Assembly (NCBI GenBank): GCA_963668645.2
Contig: CAXXWC010000021.1
Coordinates: 672,001-736,000 of the forward strand
Reading direction: 5' to 3'
DNA length: 64,000 nucleotides
Source: Desulfobacterales bacterium
GTDB lineage: Bacteria > Desulfobacterota > Desulfobacteria > Desulfobacterales > UBA2174
Translations under genes and position numbers: made by a program
Shown here: in pieces, positions 62,452 through 64,000 of the stretch
Position numbering within the stretch: the stretch's first letter is position 1
Layout of the letters: each line of letters opens with the position of its first letter
Notes under the pieces: model-generated
What the model saw: only the letters and a program-made list of their open reading frames with translations
Database searches by the model: none
Told to the model about the DNA's origin: nothing

Positions 62452-63639
62452 TTAAAAGGCCGACTGCCATTTGCCGTCCTTGACCTTCAGGACATGGACC
62501 GTGCGGATCCCGTCGCCCTTCTGGTCGAATGCCATCATACCGGCCGTACCCCGCCAGACCCCCATCTCGGTAAGCCCTCTTCGAATCGCGTCGCGCTCAT
62601 CGGCAAGACGGGCCGGATCGCCGGTGACATTTTTCTTTTTCATGATGTCGGCCAGAAAATTAAGAATGTCGTACACCACCACGTCGTACTGTTCGGACTG
62701 GCAGTTCATATCCGAATAGCGCTTGGCGCAACGCTTCTCGAAGCTGTCGACATAACGCCGCACTTTGGGGCTCGTATCTTCCCGATTGAAAAGACTCACG
62801 GACCAGACATCCTCGGCTGCGGCACCGGCAATCTCCAAGACCATAGGGTTGGCGACCGCGCTGGCCCCCAGAATGGGCTGACTGAGGCCTTGGCGCCGGA
62901 TTTCCCGAATGAGACGGCCGGCCTCTTCCGGCCAGCCGGAGATGCAGATGCCGTCGGCCCCATAGCCGGCCGCGGTACTTACGATACCTGCGAAATCTTC
63001 CTGGCCCGTTTCGAAGGTGACCGGCGATTGCCGGTTGAGAATATCAACGTTCAACTCCCCGAATATGGGAGGCCAGACGGTTTCGGCCAGCGAGGCCCAA
63101 ATAGCGGCTTGCCGATCGTACAGGAAAACCACCGAGCGGATCCCGTGGGCCGAAACCCAGGCCTTTACCGAGGGGCCTTCCTTCTTGTCCGAGGTCACGG
63201 TCATACGAAAGGCAAAAGGCCACTTTTTCAAGTCGCTCAATCCCGGCTTGATGGACGCCGTGGCAACGGCCGCAATTTTGACCTCGTTGGTGACCGGAAA
63301 CAGGGCCTCGCAGGTTTTGGTAATCAGGGGACCGATGACCACGACAACCCCTTGTTGGGCCATCTGGCGGTACATGCGCAACGTCGTTTCCGGGTCGCCG
63401 GCCGTATCTTCGATCACGGCCTCCAGCTTTACCCCTGCGATGCCGCCCCGGCGATTGACAGCGTCGATGGCCATCTCCATGCCAACCACCTGCTTCTTGC
63501 CCCATTCCGGATTGGGACCGTTGATGGGAGCCAAAAGGCCCACCTTGACGGTTGCGTCAGCAAGCGCAGGCCACGCGACGATGATGCCGCAAAGGACAAG
63601 CGCCAGCAGCATCCCGCTTTCTTGGTGTCGTCGATTCAT
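62452..63639 (-). CDS. Branched-chain amino acid (LivK-like) periplasmic binding protein
   Basis: Signal peptide, VKVGLLAPING, EDTAGDP, VVIGP, AFDQKGD. Confidence 0.88.
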   Translation of the reverse strand: MNRRHQESGMLLALVLCGIIVAWPALADATVKVGLLAPINGPNPEWGKKQVVGMEMAIDAVNRRGGIAGVKLEAVIEDTAGDPETTLRMYRQMAQQGVVVVIGPLITKTCEALFPVTNEVKIAAVATASIKPGLSDLKKWPFAFRMTVTSDKKEGPSVKAWVSAHGIRSVVFLYDRQAAIWASLAETVWPPIFGELNVDILNRQSPVTFETGQEDFAGIVSTAAGYGADGICISGWPEEAGRLIREIRRQGLSQPILGASAVANPMVLEIAGAAAEDVWSVSLFNREDTSPKVRRYVDSFEKRCAKRYSDMNCQSEQYDVVVYDILNFLADIMKKKNVTGDPARLADERDAIRRGLTEMGVWRGTAGMMAFDQKGDGIRTVHVLKVKDGKWQSAF

Positions 63640-63690
63640 GGTGCTGTTCCTCCTGGCTTTTGCGCCGATTGCGTCAACAACAGGCATCCG

Positions 63691-64000
63691 CTATTGCGGG
63701 GATACGAGTTGTCGAGAGGTGTGGTCTACAAAACGGCTGTAGTGCTGCTTAGAAACCGTCATGCCGCTGGAAAAGTAAATCCTTCGCTCCGAGCCGACTT
63801 GCAGGTAAACACCGGTCAGCTCGGATGTGGCATTACCGTCCGCATCCCGTTCGAAAAATACCTTGAAGTCCGAAATGCGATTGTTTGCGGCGTTAAATCC
63901 GTCCACGTCCACGTACGCATAATACTCGCTCCAGAATTTGGATGTGAACAGATTGGTCGGATCGGCGCCGTTGTAAGAGGGGCTGTTCCACGATGAAGAG
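63691..64000 (-). CDS. Hypothetical protein, C-terminal part (5' end outside window)
   Basis: Open frame from the window edge (SSSWNSPSYNGADPTNLF...) to the TAG at 63691. Confidence 0.5.
   Translation of the reverse strand, partial: SSSWNSPSYNGADPTNLFTSKFWSEYYAYVDVDGFNAANNRISDFKVFFERDADGNATSELTGVYLQVGSERRIYFSSGMTVSKQHYSRFVDHTSRQLVSPQ

Noticed and set aside
62215..63996. 593-aa plus-strand ORF
   Set aside because: It is the antisense shadow of the binding-protein gene.

Overview
This is a high-GC window that looks like Desulfobacterota (inferred from gene content: Hdr/MvhD, DsrE/TusA, SmsCB, sigma54 activator). From left to right it contains: (1) the 5' part of a giant repeat adhesin on the minus strand with 13+ units of 336 bp, missed by the ORF track because it runs off the window edge; (2) a sigma54-driven operon tusA-like/tusA/mvhD/hdrA/hdrA'/wHTH/hdrC/CCG protein/dsrE, followed by a hypothetical gene and metV/metF, divergent from its PAS-AAA+ activator; (3) rsgA, an aldo-keto reductase and a peptide deformylase; (4) a GntR-controlled lactonase/HMG-CoA-lyase/TRAP/CoA-transferase catabolic operon; (5) an accessory islet with a Zn-ribbon-HsdR_N nuclease, two pseudogenes, a MITE and a TPR protein built from combinatorial 126-bp repeats; (6) housekeeping genes (cyclase-FHA, PP2C, skp, ispD, HPr-domain fusion, smsBC, rnpB, nif3, tRNA-Ile2, rpoD, dnaG, hisB); (7) a ~14-kb signalling cluster with a binding protein, a methyl-accepting hybrid kinase, a kinase-less methyl-accepting sensor, CheR, CheB, kinases, and a receiver-KaiB fusion. 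The best candidates for undescribed systems are the REC-KaiB methylation-adapted cascade and the Hdr/sulfur-carrier/MetVF operon. All calls come from reading motifs by eye; no database searches were run.
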